Assembly: GCA_900543295.1 (NCBI GenBank)
Contig: UQQY01000001.1
Span: 1 to 55,247, forward strand
DNA length: 55,247 nucleotides
Direction: 5' to 3'
Source of the DNA: an uncultured Oscillospiraceae bacterium
GTDB taxonomy: Bacteria; Bacillota; Clostridia; Oscillospirales; Ruminococcaceae
Below, piece by piece: positions 10,801-19,711 of the stretch. The notes under the pieces were generated by a model. It did no database searches, had not been told where the DNA came from, and saw nothing but the letters and a program-made list of their open reading frames with translations. A program made the translations under genes and the position numbers. Every line of letters starts with the position of its first letter. The first letter of the stretch is position 1.

Positions 10801-11560
10801 CCATATAAGCCTGGAAGGTCTCGTTTATATACTCGTTTGCAATCGTCACATTGTCAATCTGCGTCAGAAACGTGGTGTGACGGCAGTGATCCGACCAGTA
10901 GGTGTCAATCATGCGGATCTCTGTAATAGTCGGGTCACGGCGCTCGGTGTCGCGGAAATATGTCTGACAAAACGTAATGTCGTCTAAATCCATTGCAAGC
11001 GCATATTTTTTTACAAAGTCGCCCAGTTCTTCACGGGAGAGCGCAGTGAATCCGTCAAGCGTTTCTACGGTTGTTTTCACTTCATAGTTCTGCTCGAGCG
11101 TTTCAACCGGCTCCAAAGAAGCCTCGCGGCTTTCCACCGGATTGATGAGATACGACTTGATTGCCGCGATTTCCTTTTCGGAAAGCTTGCCCTTCATCAT
11201 ATATACGCGCGCATTGCGCACAATCGGACGCTCGCCCTGTACGAGCAGTTGAATGCACTGCGCGCAGGAATCAGCACGCTGATCAAACTGTCCCGGCAGA
11301 TACTCGATAGCAAAGACCGTTTCGTCCTCACCGCGTTCCGGAAGCGTAAAAAAGACGTTGTCCACGCTCGGCTCGGAAAACACCGTCGGCTGAGCCTTTT
11401 GAAAGACGTCCTCCGACACGCCCTCCACGTCGTAGCGGTTGAAAAGGCGAAGCGATTCGATCCCTTCAATCCGCAGAGACGTGCGCACATCCGCAAGAAC
11501 ACTGTCTGCTTCTACGGCGAACGGCGCCTTTTTTTCTACGTAGATTCTGTAGACTGACAT
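7814..11560 (-). CDS. purL: Phosphoribosylformylglycinamidine synthase (large fused type with glutaminase domain)
   Basis: WSDHCRH, ETHNHPTEIEPFGGA, DFGAGG, FPGTNCE, GGFSGGD, GICNGFQ motifs; start MSVYRIYV at 11560 with AGGAGAGG RBS (the ORF-track start overlaps mtaB). Confidence 0.95.
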   Translation of the reverse strand: MSVYRIYVEKKAPFAVEADSVLADVRTSLRIEGIESLRLFNRYDVEGVSEDVFQKAQPTVFSEPSVDNVFFTLPERGEDETVFAIEYLPGQFDQRADSCAQCIQLLVQGERPIVRNARVYMMKGKLSEKEIAAIKSYLINPVESREASLEPVETLEQNYEVKTTVETLDGFTALSREELGDFVKKYALAMDLDDITFCQTYFRDTERRDPTITEIRMIDTYWSDHCRHTTFLTQIDNVTIANEYINETFQAYMEAREVLYKGRTDKPVTLMDLAVFGAKQLKSEGKLPDLDESEEINACSVKIKVDVDGVQEDWLLMFKNETHNHPTEIEPFGGAATCLGGAIRDPLSGRAYVYQAMRVTGAANPLVSVEDTIEGKLPQRKIVTGAAAGYSSYGNQIGLATGEVHELYHEGYAAKRMEIGAVMGAAPAGNVIREVPEPGDVVVLLGGRTGRDGCGGATGSSKSHTIESLETCGAEVQKGNAPEERKIQRLFRNPEVTRLIRRCNDFGAGGVSVAIGELADGLHIDLNRVPKKYDGLDGTELAISESQERMACVVRASDMERFIALASAENIEATHVATVTDTNRLTMEWNGAKIVDLSRDFLNSNGAVKHTDIEIEPASVKPVHNREVTAQSVIEHMSGLNLCSQKGLSERFDSTIGANTVLMPFGGENQLTPTQGMVAKIPVLHGETNTCSVMAWGFNPYISEQSPYHGAMYAVIESVAKAVAVGGSYKKCWLTFQEYFERTQNDPKRWGKPMAALLGAYKAQTALGIGSIGGKDSMSGTFEHIDVPPTLCSFAVSLTRADKAVSQEFKRCGNALALILPEYDENGIPDFDSVKAVFDRVEELIGKGVVNACSALTFGGVSEALAKMAMGNRIGVKLTEEIPAELMFNPVYGGFILELDSHADLSGLRVIGSTISKYLLILSEKTVVDMRALQEAYESVLEPVFPYRSKNVKPAPQAVGRPTIRVPILSKKNLVRSPKKFAKPRVLIPVFPGTNCEYDTARAFEKAGAEAEIFVIKNLTSAQIEESVAAFASAIANAQMIMIPGGFSGGDEPDGSAKFITSFFRNPQVSEAVSELLDIRKGLMLGICNGFQALIKLGLVPYGKICDMTEASPTLTFNTIGRHQSMMVNTRICSTKSPWLYNTKVGEVYNVPISHGEGRFICSAHLFEQLKANGQIATQYVDLAGQPTYDVAYNPNESYMAIEGITSPDGRVFGKMAHSERVGKNICKNVYGEKDQKIFLSGVEYFTK

Positions 11561-11580
11561 ACTGTTTCCTCTCCTGACTT

Positions 11581-12897
11581 TCATTTTCCTCTGCATCCGG
11601 AAACATCGGATACGATTTCTCCTGCACACGCGCCGCCTTTTACAGTTAAAAGCCGCACCGAAAGAATTTCGCCGCAAATATCGCGGCTGCACGGCGCATA
11701 AACGCGGGTGTAGTTCGGCGTATAGCCGGTATATATCCCATCCTGCTGCGTTTCAAACAGCACGGATTGAACACGGTTTAACTGGGTGCGCAAGAACGCT
11801 TCGCGGAGCGCGTCGGTACACTCAATCATCTCGCGGCTTCGCGCGTCTTTCACGGACTGCGGCAAATGTCCGTCCATTTTTGCGGCGCGCGTACCTTCGC
11901 GCACAGAATAGGCGAAAACGTGAACCTTTGCAAAGCCGATCTCTTCTGCAAAGCGAAGGGATTCCGCAAAATCCTTATCCGTCTCGCCCGCAAAGCCTAC
12001 CATCATGTCAGTGGTGATCGATGGATTTTCAAACTGCGCGCGGATGCGTCCGACGAGCGCTTTGTATTCCGCCGCCGTGTAGTGACGGTTCATCCGCTTT
12101 AACGTCCTGTCACAGCCGCTTTGCAGCGACAGATGAAACTGCGGGCAGAATTTTTTCTGTGCCGCCATACGGGACAGGTCATCGTCGCTTAGCAGCTCCG
12201 GCTCAAGCGAACCCAGACGCACGCGCTCAATTCCCTCGACCGAACAGGCGGCCTCAACCGCCTCGGCCAGACGAAAGCTTCCCGTTTCCTTCCCGTAAGA
12301 GCTTAGGTTAATGCCAACCAGCACTACCTCTTTATAGCCGTTTTCGGCAAGGGCGGAAAGCTCGTCCTTGATTTCTTTAAGCGGCTTGGAACGAACCGGG
12401 CCGCGCGCTTTGGGAATGATGCAGTAAGAACACCAGCGGTCGCAGCCGTCTTCGATTTTGACAAATGCGCGCGTATGTTCGTCAAAGCGGGAAGCTCGCA
12501 TTGGCTCAAATGGCTCGCCGGCCTCGTGCGGAGAAAGTGAGACAACCCGCTTTTTGTTGGAAAGAACCTGCTTTACCCCTGAAAGGAGCGCGGCGCGATC
12601 TTTTGCACCTGCAACCAGATCCGCCTCTTCGATTTGTCCCGCCTGATCGGGAAATGCCTGCGGAAAGCAGCCCGTTAAGACGACGACGGCGTTTGGATGA
12701 CGGCGCTTCGTCTGGCGCACCAACTGTTTCGTTTTTTTATCTCCGGACGAGGTGACGGTACAGGAATTGATCAGATAGACGTCCGCCGCCTCTGAAAACG
12801 GAACAACCGAAAAGCCGTCCGCCTCAAAAAGCTGCGAAAGCACCTGGGTTTCGTATTGATTCACTTTGCAGCCAAAGGTATAAAAAGCAGCTTTCAT
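11581..12897 (-). CDS. mtaB: tRNA t6A37 methylthiotransferase (radical SAM)
   Basis: GCKVNQYE, NSCTVT, CxxxCxxC (GCDRWCSYC), HVFAYSVREGT. Confidence 0.92.
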   Translation of the reverse strand: MKAAFYTFGCKVNQYETQVLSQLFEADGFSVVPFSEAADVYLINSCTVTSSGDKKTKQLVRQTKRRHPNAVVVLTGCFPQAFPDQAGQIEEADLVAGAKDRAALLSGVKQVLSNKKRVVSLSPHEAGEPFEPMRASRFDEHTRAFVKIEDGCDRWCSYCIIPKARGPVRSKPLKEIKDELSALAENGYKEVVLVGINLSSYGKETGSFRLAEAVEAACSVEGIERVRLGSLEPELLSDDDLSRMAAQKKFCPQFHLSLQSGCDRTLKRMNRHYTAAEYKALVGRIRAQFENPSITTDMMVGFAGETDKDFAESLRFAEEIGFAKVHVFAYSVREGTRAAKMDGHLPQSVKDARSREMIECTDALREAFLRTQLNRVQSVLFETQQDGIYTGYTPNYTRVYAPCSRDICGEILSVRLLTVKGGACAGEIVSDVSGCRGK

Positions 12898-13013
12898 TCA
12901 ATCCTCCGTAGATAAAATCCCAATATAAGGTGATAGCAACCAAAAAATCGATCTTAATTTCAGCTCATTTTATTCTAATTATAAAGGATTAACATGAATT
13001 TTACAATTAGCAG

Positions 13014-13042
13014 TTGACGAAAAAGACTTCGCCTGTTATAGT
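13014..13042 (+). promoter_or_regulatory. Sigma-A-type promoter for the HPr-like gene
   Basis: TTGACG-17 nt-TATAGT. Confidence 0.6.
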
Positions 13043-13089
13043 TGAATTGTAGTGAAAAACTATAAAACAAAGCATGGGAGGTTGCCACA

Positions 13090-13320
<231 letters not shown>

Positions 13321-13340
13321 TCGCAGACCTTAACCGGTTG

Positions 13341-13378
13341 CAAAAAATACGCCGCCCTGTCAGGCGGCATATTTTTTG
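13341..13378 (+). terminator. Rho-independent terminator
   Basis: GCCGCC-loop-GGCGGC flanked by A and T runs. Confidence 0.7.
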
Positions 13379-13476
13379 CTCTTTTATCCGAAGGGCCGGT
13401 TTGCTTTCATATGATGCAATAAACGTAAAAAGGCTGCGGTCTGTTTGAATATAATTTTCAAAGGGGAGGGTATCCT

Positions 13477-13992
13477 GTGAAAAAGGAATTTCTGGAGATC
13501 GGAAAAATTGTGTCTACCAGCGGATTAAAGGGCGAGGTGCGCGTACAGCCGTGGAGCGATTCGCCTGATTTTTTGTCTTCGTTTTCGTCCCTTTATTTTA
13601 GCGAAGGTGAGCAAAAGCTTACGGTCGAAAAAGCGCGTCCGCAGAAAAACGTTGTGATACTCAAGCTCCGCGGCGTTGACACGGTGGAGGCGGCGAACGC
13701 TCTGCGCGGCAAAATCCTTTATGTGGCGCGCACAGATGTCAGGCTTCCGGAGCGCACCTTTTTTGTGCAGGATCTGATCGGCCTGCGCGTGATCGATGCG
13801 GACGATCCTTCGGTGGAATACGGAACGCTTACCGATGTGAGCCAGACTGGCGCGAATGACGTGTACCACATCACAAAGGACGGAAAGACGACGCTCATTC
13901 CCGCAATCCGTCAGGTCGTCGAAGAGACGAGTCTCGAAAAGGGAGAAATGCGCATCCGTCCGATGAAAGGGCTCTTTGACGATGCGGATTGA
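13477..13992 (+). CDS. rimM: Ribosome maturation factor RimM
   Basis: IGKIV..GLKGEV, DLIGL, TGANDVY, LIPAI motifs; upstream of trmD. Confidence 0.95.
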   Translation: MKKEFLEIGKIVSTSGLKGEVRVQPWSDSPDFLSSFSSLYFSEGEQKLTVEKARPQKNVVILKLRGVDTVEAANALRGKILYVARTDVRLPERTFFVQDLIGLRVIDADDPSVEYGTLTDVSQTGANDVYHITKDGKTTLIPAIRQVVEETSLEKGEMRIRPMKGLFDDAD

Positions 13993-14734
13993 TATTGCAA
14001 CGCTTTTTCCCGAAATGTGCGAAACCGTCCTAAACGAGAGCATTTTGGGCCGTGCACGCCGCGCCGGCTATATTGAATTCGCCTGTCACAATATCCGCGG
14101 CTATACGACGGACAGGCACGGCCGTGTGGACGATTACGGCTACGGCGGCGGCAAGGGCATGGTGATGCAGCCGGAGCCGATCCAGCGCTGTTTTACGGAT
14201 GTCTGCGCAAAGCTTGGGAAAAAGCCGCATGTCATCTATATGTCGCCTCAGGGACGTGTTTTGACGCAGCAGCGCTGCATGGAGCTTTCCAGAATGGACA
14301 ACCTGTTTATATTGTGCGGCCATTACGAGGGCGTGGATGAGCGCGTGCTTACTGAAATGGTAGACGAAGAGATTTCCATCGGCGACTATGTTCTGACCGG
14401 CGGAGAGCTTCCGGCGCTTGTTTTGGCGGATGCGGTTGCCAGGATGTGCGGCGGCGTGCTGGCCGCCAGCGAGTGCTACGAGGAAGAAAGCCATATGGGT
14501 GGCCTGCTTGAGTACCCGCAGTATACGCGCCCAGAGGAGTGGCGTGGTCAGCGTGTGCCTGATATTCTTTTATCCGGACATCACAAAAAGATTGCGGAAT
14601 GGCGGCTCGTACAGCGGCTCGTCCGCACGAGAAAAAAGCGTCCTGATCTTTATGAAAAGTATCCCCTTGGTCAAAAAGAGATAAAACTGCTTGAAAAATA
14701 CGCTGCGGACGCGGAGCAAAGGGAAGAAAAATAA
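13982..14734 (+). CDS. trmD: tRNA (guanine37-N1)-methyltransferase
   Basis: TLFPEM, CGHYEGVDERV, SIGDYVLTGGE, LLEYPQYTRP, LLSGHH. Confidence 0.96.
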   Translation: MRIDIATLFPEMCETVLNESILGRARRAGYIEFACHNIRGYTTDRHGRVDDYGYGGGKGMVMQPEPIQRCFTDVCAKLGKKPHVIYMSPQGRVLTQQRCMELSRMDNLFILCGHYEGVDERVLTEMVDEEISIGDYVLTGGELPALVLADAVARMCGGVLAASECYEEESHMGGLLEYPQYTRPEEWRGQRVPDILLSGHHKKIAEWRLVQRLVRTRKKRPDLYEKYPLGQKEIKLLEKYAADAEQREEK

Positions 14735-14863
14735 TCTGTGCATAGTGCTGATGAATCCTAAAAATTTATGTAAATTCTGCACAAGCGGGCAGAATGTAAA
14801 CAGGCCGAAATGGCGAAAAAGCAGAATTTGCGTCCAAATGCTTTGAATTTGCCGTCGGATACG

Positions 14864-14892
14864 TTGACGAAAAAAAGGTTTCTGGCTATAAT
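14864..14892 (+). promoter_or_regulatory. Sigma-A-type promoter for ptsH
   Basis: TTGACG-17 nt-TATAAT. Confidence 0.7.
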
Positions 14893-14958
14893 AATAGCAC
14901 AATGCAAAAAATTCTTTCACATAGTTTTAGATGAATACTGGTAAAGGGAGAGCTTGAA

Positions 14959-15222
14959 ATGTACGTTAAAGAAGTTAGGGTTGAAAATCAAGTTGGTCTT
15001 CACGCGCGTCCGGCGACGTTTTTTATTCAGAAAGCAAACGAATTTAAATCCTCCATTTGGGTGGAAAAGGACGAGCGCCGCGTCAATGCGAAAAGCCTTT
15101 TGGGTGTCTTGTCGTTAGGCATCGTCGGCGGAACGGATATCCGTATCATTGCCGACGGATTGGATGAGCAGCTGGCGGTTGACAGCCTGGTTCGTCTGGT
15201 TGAAAACGGCTTCACCGAGTAA
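14959..15222 (+). CDS. ptsH: Phosphocarrier protein HPr
   Basis: GLHARPA (His15) and VNAKSLLGVLSLG (Ser46) motifs. Confidence 0.9.
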   Translation: MYVKEVRVENQVGLHARPATFFIQKANEFKSSIWVEKDERRVNAKSLLGVLSLGIVGGTDIRIIADGLDEQLAVDSLVRLVENGFTE

Positions 15223-15237
15223 TTCCTTTTCAAAAAG

Positions 15238-15269
15238 AAAACGCCGCTGTGCTATACAGCGGCGTTTTT
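15238..15269. terminator. Bidirectional terminator between ptsH and fucO
   Basis: AAAACGCCGCTGT-loop-ACAGCGGCGTTTT inverted repeat. Confidence 0.8.
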
Positions 15270-15369
15270 GTTGTATGTTGATTTTTACTGCTCTGCAATA
15301 AACGGACTTTTATGACCATCTTCGTAATACACGGCTAAAAAATAGCCTTCGCTCCTGATATGACTGTTT

Positions 15370-16518
15370 TTACAGCAGAGAGCGGTACAGCGCCGATATT
15401 TCCTCAACAGATGTATCCTTCGGATTGCCCGGGCGGCAGGCGTCCGCATAGGCCGATTCTGCAAGGAACGGAATGTCTTCTTCTTTCACGATTTCTTTCA
15501 GATCCGCGGGAATGCCAACGTCTGCGGCGAGCTGTTTTACTGCGTCCACCGCCGCCCTGCGGTATTCCTCCTGCGTCATATCCTGTGTGCCTTCAACGCC
15601 CATTGCGGCCGCAATGTAACGGTACTTATCTCCGGTTGCCTCCGCATTATAGGCCATGACCGTCGGAAGAAGAATCGCATTCGCCACACCGTGCGGCGTA
15701 TCATATACCGCGCCCAGCGAATGCGCCATCGAGTGTACGATGCCAAGCCCCACGTTTGAAAAGCCCATCCCAGCAATATACTGACCGAGCGCCATGCCTT
15801 CGCGTCCCTCCGGCGTGTTCTCGACCGCGCCGCGCAGACTCTTTGAAATGATTTCAATTGCTTTTAAATGGAACATATCCGTCATATCCCACGCCGCCTT
15901 TGTGATAAAGCCTTCGATTGCATGGGTAAGCGCGTCCATGCCGGTTGCAGCGGTCAGCCCCTTGGGCATGCTGCTCATCATATCCGGATCGATCACCGCG
16001 ACAATCGGAATATCGTGCGTATCGACACAGACGAATTTCCGCTTTTTCTCCACATCCGTGATGACATAATTGATGGTGACCTCGGCTGCGGTGCCGGCTG
16101 TTGTGGGAACGGCAATGATCGGCACGCACTTGTTTTTCGTGGGAGCTACGCCTTCCAGACTGCGCACATCCGCAAATTCCGGGTTTCCAATGATAATGCC
16201 GACCGCTTTGGCTGTATCCATGGAAGAGCCGCCGCCGATCGCAATGATATAATCTGCGCCGGATGCTTTGAAGGCCTCCACGCCGTGCTGTACGTTTTCA
16301 ATCGTCGGATTTGCCTTGATGTCGGAGTATACCGAGTAAGCGAGCCCCGCCGCATCCAAAACGGCCAGGACCTTTCCGGTAACGCCGAATTTGATCAGAT
16401 CCGGGTCTGAGCAGACAAACGCCTTCTGAAAGCCGCGCGCTTTTGCTTCGGCAACAATCTCGCTGATTGCGCCTTTTCCGTGATAGGATGTTTCGTTCAA
16501 CATAATTCTGTTTGCCAT
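15370..16518 (-). CDS. fucO: Lactaldehyde reductase / Fe-dependent alcohol dehydrogenase
   Basis: MANRIMLNETSYHG start, GGGSSMD, PTTAGTAAEVT, DALTHAIE, HSMAH and PHGVANA iron ligands. Confidence 0.88.
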   Translation of the reverse strand: MANRIMLNETSYHGKGAISEIVAEAKARGFQKAFVCSDPDLIKFGVTGKVLAVLDAAGLAYSVYSDIKANPTIENVQHGVEAFKASGADYIIAIGGGSSMDTAKAVGIIIGNPEFADVRSLEGVAPTKNKCVPIIAVPTTAGTAAEVTINYVITDVEKKRKFVCVDTHDIPIVAVIDPDMMSSMPKGLTAATGMDALTHAIEGFITKAAWDMTDMFHLKAIEIISKSLRGAVENTPEGREGMALGQYIAGMGFSNVGLGIVHSMAHSLGAVYDTPHGVANAILLPTVMAYNAEATGDKYRYIAAAMGVEGTQDMTQEEYRRAAVDAVKQLAADVGIPADLKEIVKEEDIPFLAESAYADACRPGNPKDTSVEEISALYRSLL

Positions 16519-16611
16519 ATAAAACGTCTCCTTCGCGCACCGGATGGTGCATCTTTCTGGCAGAGCCGCCCTTTCTTTGATAGAAGAAAGAGAAACGCTG
16601 CCGATAACCTT

Positions 16612-16640
16612 ATTATACCATATGGCTGTTGCAGTTTCAA
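16612..16640 (-). promoter_or_regulatory. Sigma-A-type promoter for fucO
   Basis: Minus strand TTGAAA-17 nt-TATAAT with TGn extension. Confidence 0.6.
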
Positions 16641-16761
16641 TAAAATAAACGGATAATCATATAAAGAATATATACAAATACAGCATCAATATTCCGAAAA
16701 TGTGCTGTTGATAGCGTGAAAGCGCTTCGATTTTTTTGTCACAGCCATACGGACATGCTTT

Positions 16762-18342
16762 TTATTCCGAAATGTGCGAGAGGGTTGATTCCGCCATATC
16801 ATCGAGGCTTACGGTTCCGGCGCCGAAGATGGTGCTGTCCAGAAGGCCGTTTACCGGCGCGCTCCATTCTTCCGGTATGGCCGCGGCGCCGCATATCATG
16901 CCAAGGATGGAACCCGCTGTCGCGCCGTTGCAGTCGGTGTCAAAGCCGCTCTGCACGGCAAGGCAGATGGTTCTGCCGTAGTCTCCGCCGCCGTAAAGGA
17001 GGGCGGCCGTCACAATCATTGCATTTGAAATGGTGTGGCACCAATGATGGCCGTTTCTGTCGTCGTACTGGCTTAAGATCAGCTCCTGCATCAGCTTGTC
17101 GAAGGAAAGTCCCGCCGCATAGCCGTCGAGCACACGGGTAATCTGTTCATGGAGGCGCGAACTCTCCGGAATTTCAGAAAGCCCTGCGCGGATAACAGCC
17201 TCTATATCGCCGCATACAGCGGCCTTTGCCAGCATGGCGGCAACAAACATTTCGCCGTAGATACCGTTTTTGACGTGGGAAATAGAGGCGTCGCGGAACG
17301 CCATTTCCGCCGCGGCCTCCGGATTGCCGGGATTGATATAGCCGAAGTAGTCGCCCCGAATCTGCGCGCCGATCCACTCGCGGTATGGATTTTTGTACTG
17401 AGCAGACTCCGGCGGGAGATAGCCGTTCATGAAATTGCGGTAAGCGATGCGCTCCGCTGTAAAATAGGCGTTTTTCGACTGTACGGCAAGCCAGAGCCGT
17501 GAAACGTCAGCCGCGGTAAAGTCCCGTCCATGCTGTTTTACAAGCAGATTTGCCATGATGAGATAATTCGTGTCGTCGTCCGACGGCGCGTGCGCAATCG
17601 TGTCCGGATAGCACTTACCTGCAAGCTCAAACGTATACCTGCCGCACAGCCCGTCGCTTAAATCGGCGGCGAGGATATAACGGTTCATGGGATAGTTGCC
17701 GGTTTCCTTTAAAAGCGGAATAAGCTCGTTCAACCGGATACCTTCGATCGGCTTTCCAAGCAGACAGCCGCACACTCTTCCAAGCCAGGCTCCTTTTATT
17801 TTGTCAAGCAGTACGCTGTCCTTTTTGACTGGAACCGGCGGCGTATGCCGGCTTACGCGGTAGATCTCTTTATAGTCGGACGGTTCGTAATAGGCGTATC
17901 CGCTTTGCTGCGGCGCGCTCATAAGGAGCGCGAAGGCGGTGTCCGCAAGCGCTTCCTTGTACCGGCTGTTGGGAAGCTTTGTGATTTCTGACAGAAGGCC
18001 GTGCAGGTGCATAACGTCGCGTCCTTCCTCCATGCACTGCACATATTCCGTCTCCAGCAGGCAGGCATAGTTCTCCCAATCCTCAAGCGCGTGATAGGAG
18101 GGCTCGATTTGTTTTTCAAAACGGATTTCATCGGTTGTTCTGGCTTCTCCGCAAAGCAGGCTGTCCAGAGAAACGCCAAAGGTCTTTGCCATGTCGATAG
18201 GCTTTGAGACCTCCGGCACAGCCGCGCCGGACTCCCATTTTTGGATCGCCTGTCTTGAAACGCCGAAAAGACCGGCCATTTTTTCCTGTGAAAGACGATG
18301 GCTTTTGCGTAAAGCTGCAATATTTTCTGCGATCATGTTCAT
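16762..18342 (-). CDS. XRE-family HTH domain fused to ADP-ribosylglycohydrolase (DraG/ARH fold)
   Basis: N-terminal LSQEKMAGLFGVSRQAIQKWESG (XRE HTH); GAWLGRVCGCLLG, SDDDTNY, GFDTDCNGATAGS metal-binding motifs; ATG at 18342 with GGAGG RBS. Confidence 0.85.
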   Translation of the reverse strand: MNMIAENIAALRKSHRLSQEKMAGLFGVSRQAIQKWESGAAVPEVSKPIDMAKTFGVSLDSLLCGEARTTDEIRFEKQIEPSYHALEDWENYACLLETEYVQCMEEGRDVMHLHGLLSEITKLPNSRYKEALADTAFALLMSAPQQSGYAYYEPSDYKEIYRVSRHTPPVPVKKDSVLLDKIKGAWLGRVCGCLLGKPIEGIRLNELIPLLKETGNYPMNRYILAADLSDGLCGRYTFELAGKCYPDTIAHAPSDDDTNYLIMANLLVKQHGRDFTAADVSRLWLAVQSKNAYFTAERIAYRNFMNGYLPPESAQYKNPYREWIGAQIRGDYFGYINPGNPEAAAEMAFRDASISHVKNGIYGEMFVAAMLAKAAVCGDIEAVIRAGLSEIPESSRLHEQITRVLDGYAAGLSFDKLMQELILSQYDDRNGHHWCHTISNAMIVTAALLYGGGDYGRTICLAVQSGFDTDCNGATAGSILGMICGAAAIPEEWSAPVNGLLDSTIFGAGTVSLDDMAESTLSHISE

Positions 18343-18383
18343 ACGCCTCCTTTCTGCTATCATACAGAGAAAAAGAGAAGCGC

Positions 18384-18425
18384 GCAACCATTTACAGGTT
18401 GCACTTTATAGCAACCAGAGGTTGC
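18384..18425. promoter_or_regulatory. Two GCAACC-Nx-GGTTGC palindromes, putative operators of the XRE fusion
   Basis: GCAACC-ATTTACA-GGTTGC (18384-18402) and GCAACC-AGA-GGTTGC (18411-18425), about 40-85 nt upstream of the start codon. Confidence 0.6.
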
Positions 18426-18573
18426 GAAAAAACGGCGGCTTCCTTCAAGAACTTCGGAATAAGGCGCACGTCTGAAATTTGCTGTTTGCAATGATAACAC
18501 CGGTCGTTTTGGCCGTATTTATGGAAGAGCCGCAGCAGTAATGACATATTATTTACTATAAAGGATAAAAAAC

Positions 18574-18602
18574 TTTACAAGAAAATGATTATATGATATA
18601 GT
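18574..18602 (+). promoter_or_regulatory. Sigma-A-type promoter for the membrane protein gene
   Basis: TTTACA-17 nt-TATAGT with TGn extension. Confidence 0.5.
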
Positions 18603-18718
18603 GATAACAGATAGAAATATTAAAAAATATCGGATGAAATCAGAAGGCTGAAACAACGTTCGAACGCCCAAGTAAAGTGTGATAAAGCAACGAAAAATGA
18701 AGCAGAGGAGGCTGTTTT

Positions 18719-19606
18719 ATGAATCGCATTGATCGGCTGAACAAACGTGCCGTTTCGTTGATCGCTCTTTTCCTGTTAGCGGCGCTTACGTCCTTTGCGG
18801 GTCAGGTTATAACAATTTCAGACGGCGGATATGAGTATCGCCTTCTTTTACAGTACATACCGGCTCTTGCAGTCGGCGCGGCCGCCGTATTCATTTTGTA
18901 TTATGGCGGAATGCTTCGGGAATGCTGCCTGGGAAGCGCGCCGGTTTACGGCTTGATCGGATCGGCCGTAACGCTGGTTTGGGCGCTTTGCTCCGGCAAT
19001 CAAACGATGCCGTTTTTCAGTCTTCTCGCAAAAAGTCCTGCGGCATTGTTTGCCCGGTCGGAATACCGCTATGCCGACGAACGGGCTTGGCTGACGCCGG
19101 CTCCGTTTGCCGGTTGTCTGACAACGGCGGTTGTTGGCGCAATGCTTGCGCTTAGTCTGCTTGCTTTCCGCCACATTGCTAGGGAAAAGGATATGCAGGC
19201 GCTGTTCAGGCCGGATGCAACTGCCATTCTCTTTCTGTTTTTGCCGCTTTTGTCCGGCTTTGCGGAATACGGCGTAAACACGTTGAGTTATTTATTTAGC
19301 GACAACTATTTTTCGTTTTCGCCTGGACTGCGCATCGGTCTGATGATTCTTCAGTTCGGAGCCTGTCTTCTGTTTGGGCTGTTGCTTGGCTTCTTTTCCG
19401 TGCAGAAAAGCTGTTCCGTTGTCAGGTGGCTGTCTGTTTTGATCCTGGCGGCGGGCGCTGCGATGTGGTATGCCGTCGTATGGGTCTTCAGCGTCTCGGC
19501 AATCGATTGGCTCGGTCAGATCAACCGTGTTTCGATATATTCTTCCGGCGCGTATTTCGGCTTTGTGATGGGGGTTTCTCTTCGCGCATTGTGTGTCAGA
19601 CGATAA
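18719..19606 (+). CDS. Hypothetical polytopic membrane protein
   Basis: About 8 hydrophobic segments; GAGGAGG RBS; no recognised motif. Confidence 0.75.
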   Translation: MNRIDRLNKRAVSLIALFLLAALTSFAGQVITISDGGYEYRLLLQYIPALAVGAAAVFILYYGGMLRECCLGSAPVYGLIGSAVTLVWALCSGNQTMPFFSLLAKSPAALFARSEYRYADERAWLTPAPFAGCLTTAVVGAMLALSLLAFRHIAREKDMQALFRPDATAILFLFLPLLSGFAEYGVNTLSYLFSDNYFSFSPGLRIGLMILQFGACLLFGLLLGFFSVQKSCSVVRWLSVLILAAGAAMWYAVVWVFSVSAIDWLGQINRVSIYSSGAYFGFVMGVSLRALCVRR

Positions 19607-19639
19607 AGCGGCGTCAAGGCCAGTATAGCATATATGATG

Positions 19640-19671
19640 AAAAAACCTGTGCATAATGCACAGGTTTTTTT
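19640..19671 (+). terminator. Rho-independent terminator
   Basis: AAAAAACCTGTGCAT-A-ATGCACAGGTTTTTTT. Confidence 0.8.
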
Positions 19672-19682
19672 ACGCAAAGATA

Positions 19683-19711
19683 TTGACAAGCCACCGGCAT
19701 AATGATATACT
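19683..19711 (+). promoter_or_regulatory. Sigma-A promoter of rpoBC
   Basis: TTGACA-17 nt-TATACT with TGn extension. Confidence 0.8.

Noticed and set aside
11561..11692. N-terminal extension of PurL in the ORF track
   Set aside because: Overlaps mtaB; the RBS supports the start at 11560. Similar over-extended starts were corrected for rpsL, rpsG, oppB, lepA, the GNAT, the HAD and the dehydrogenase
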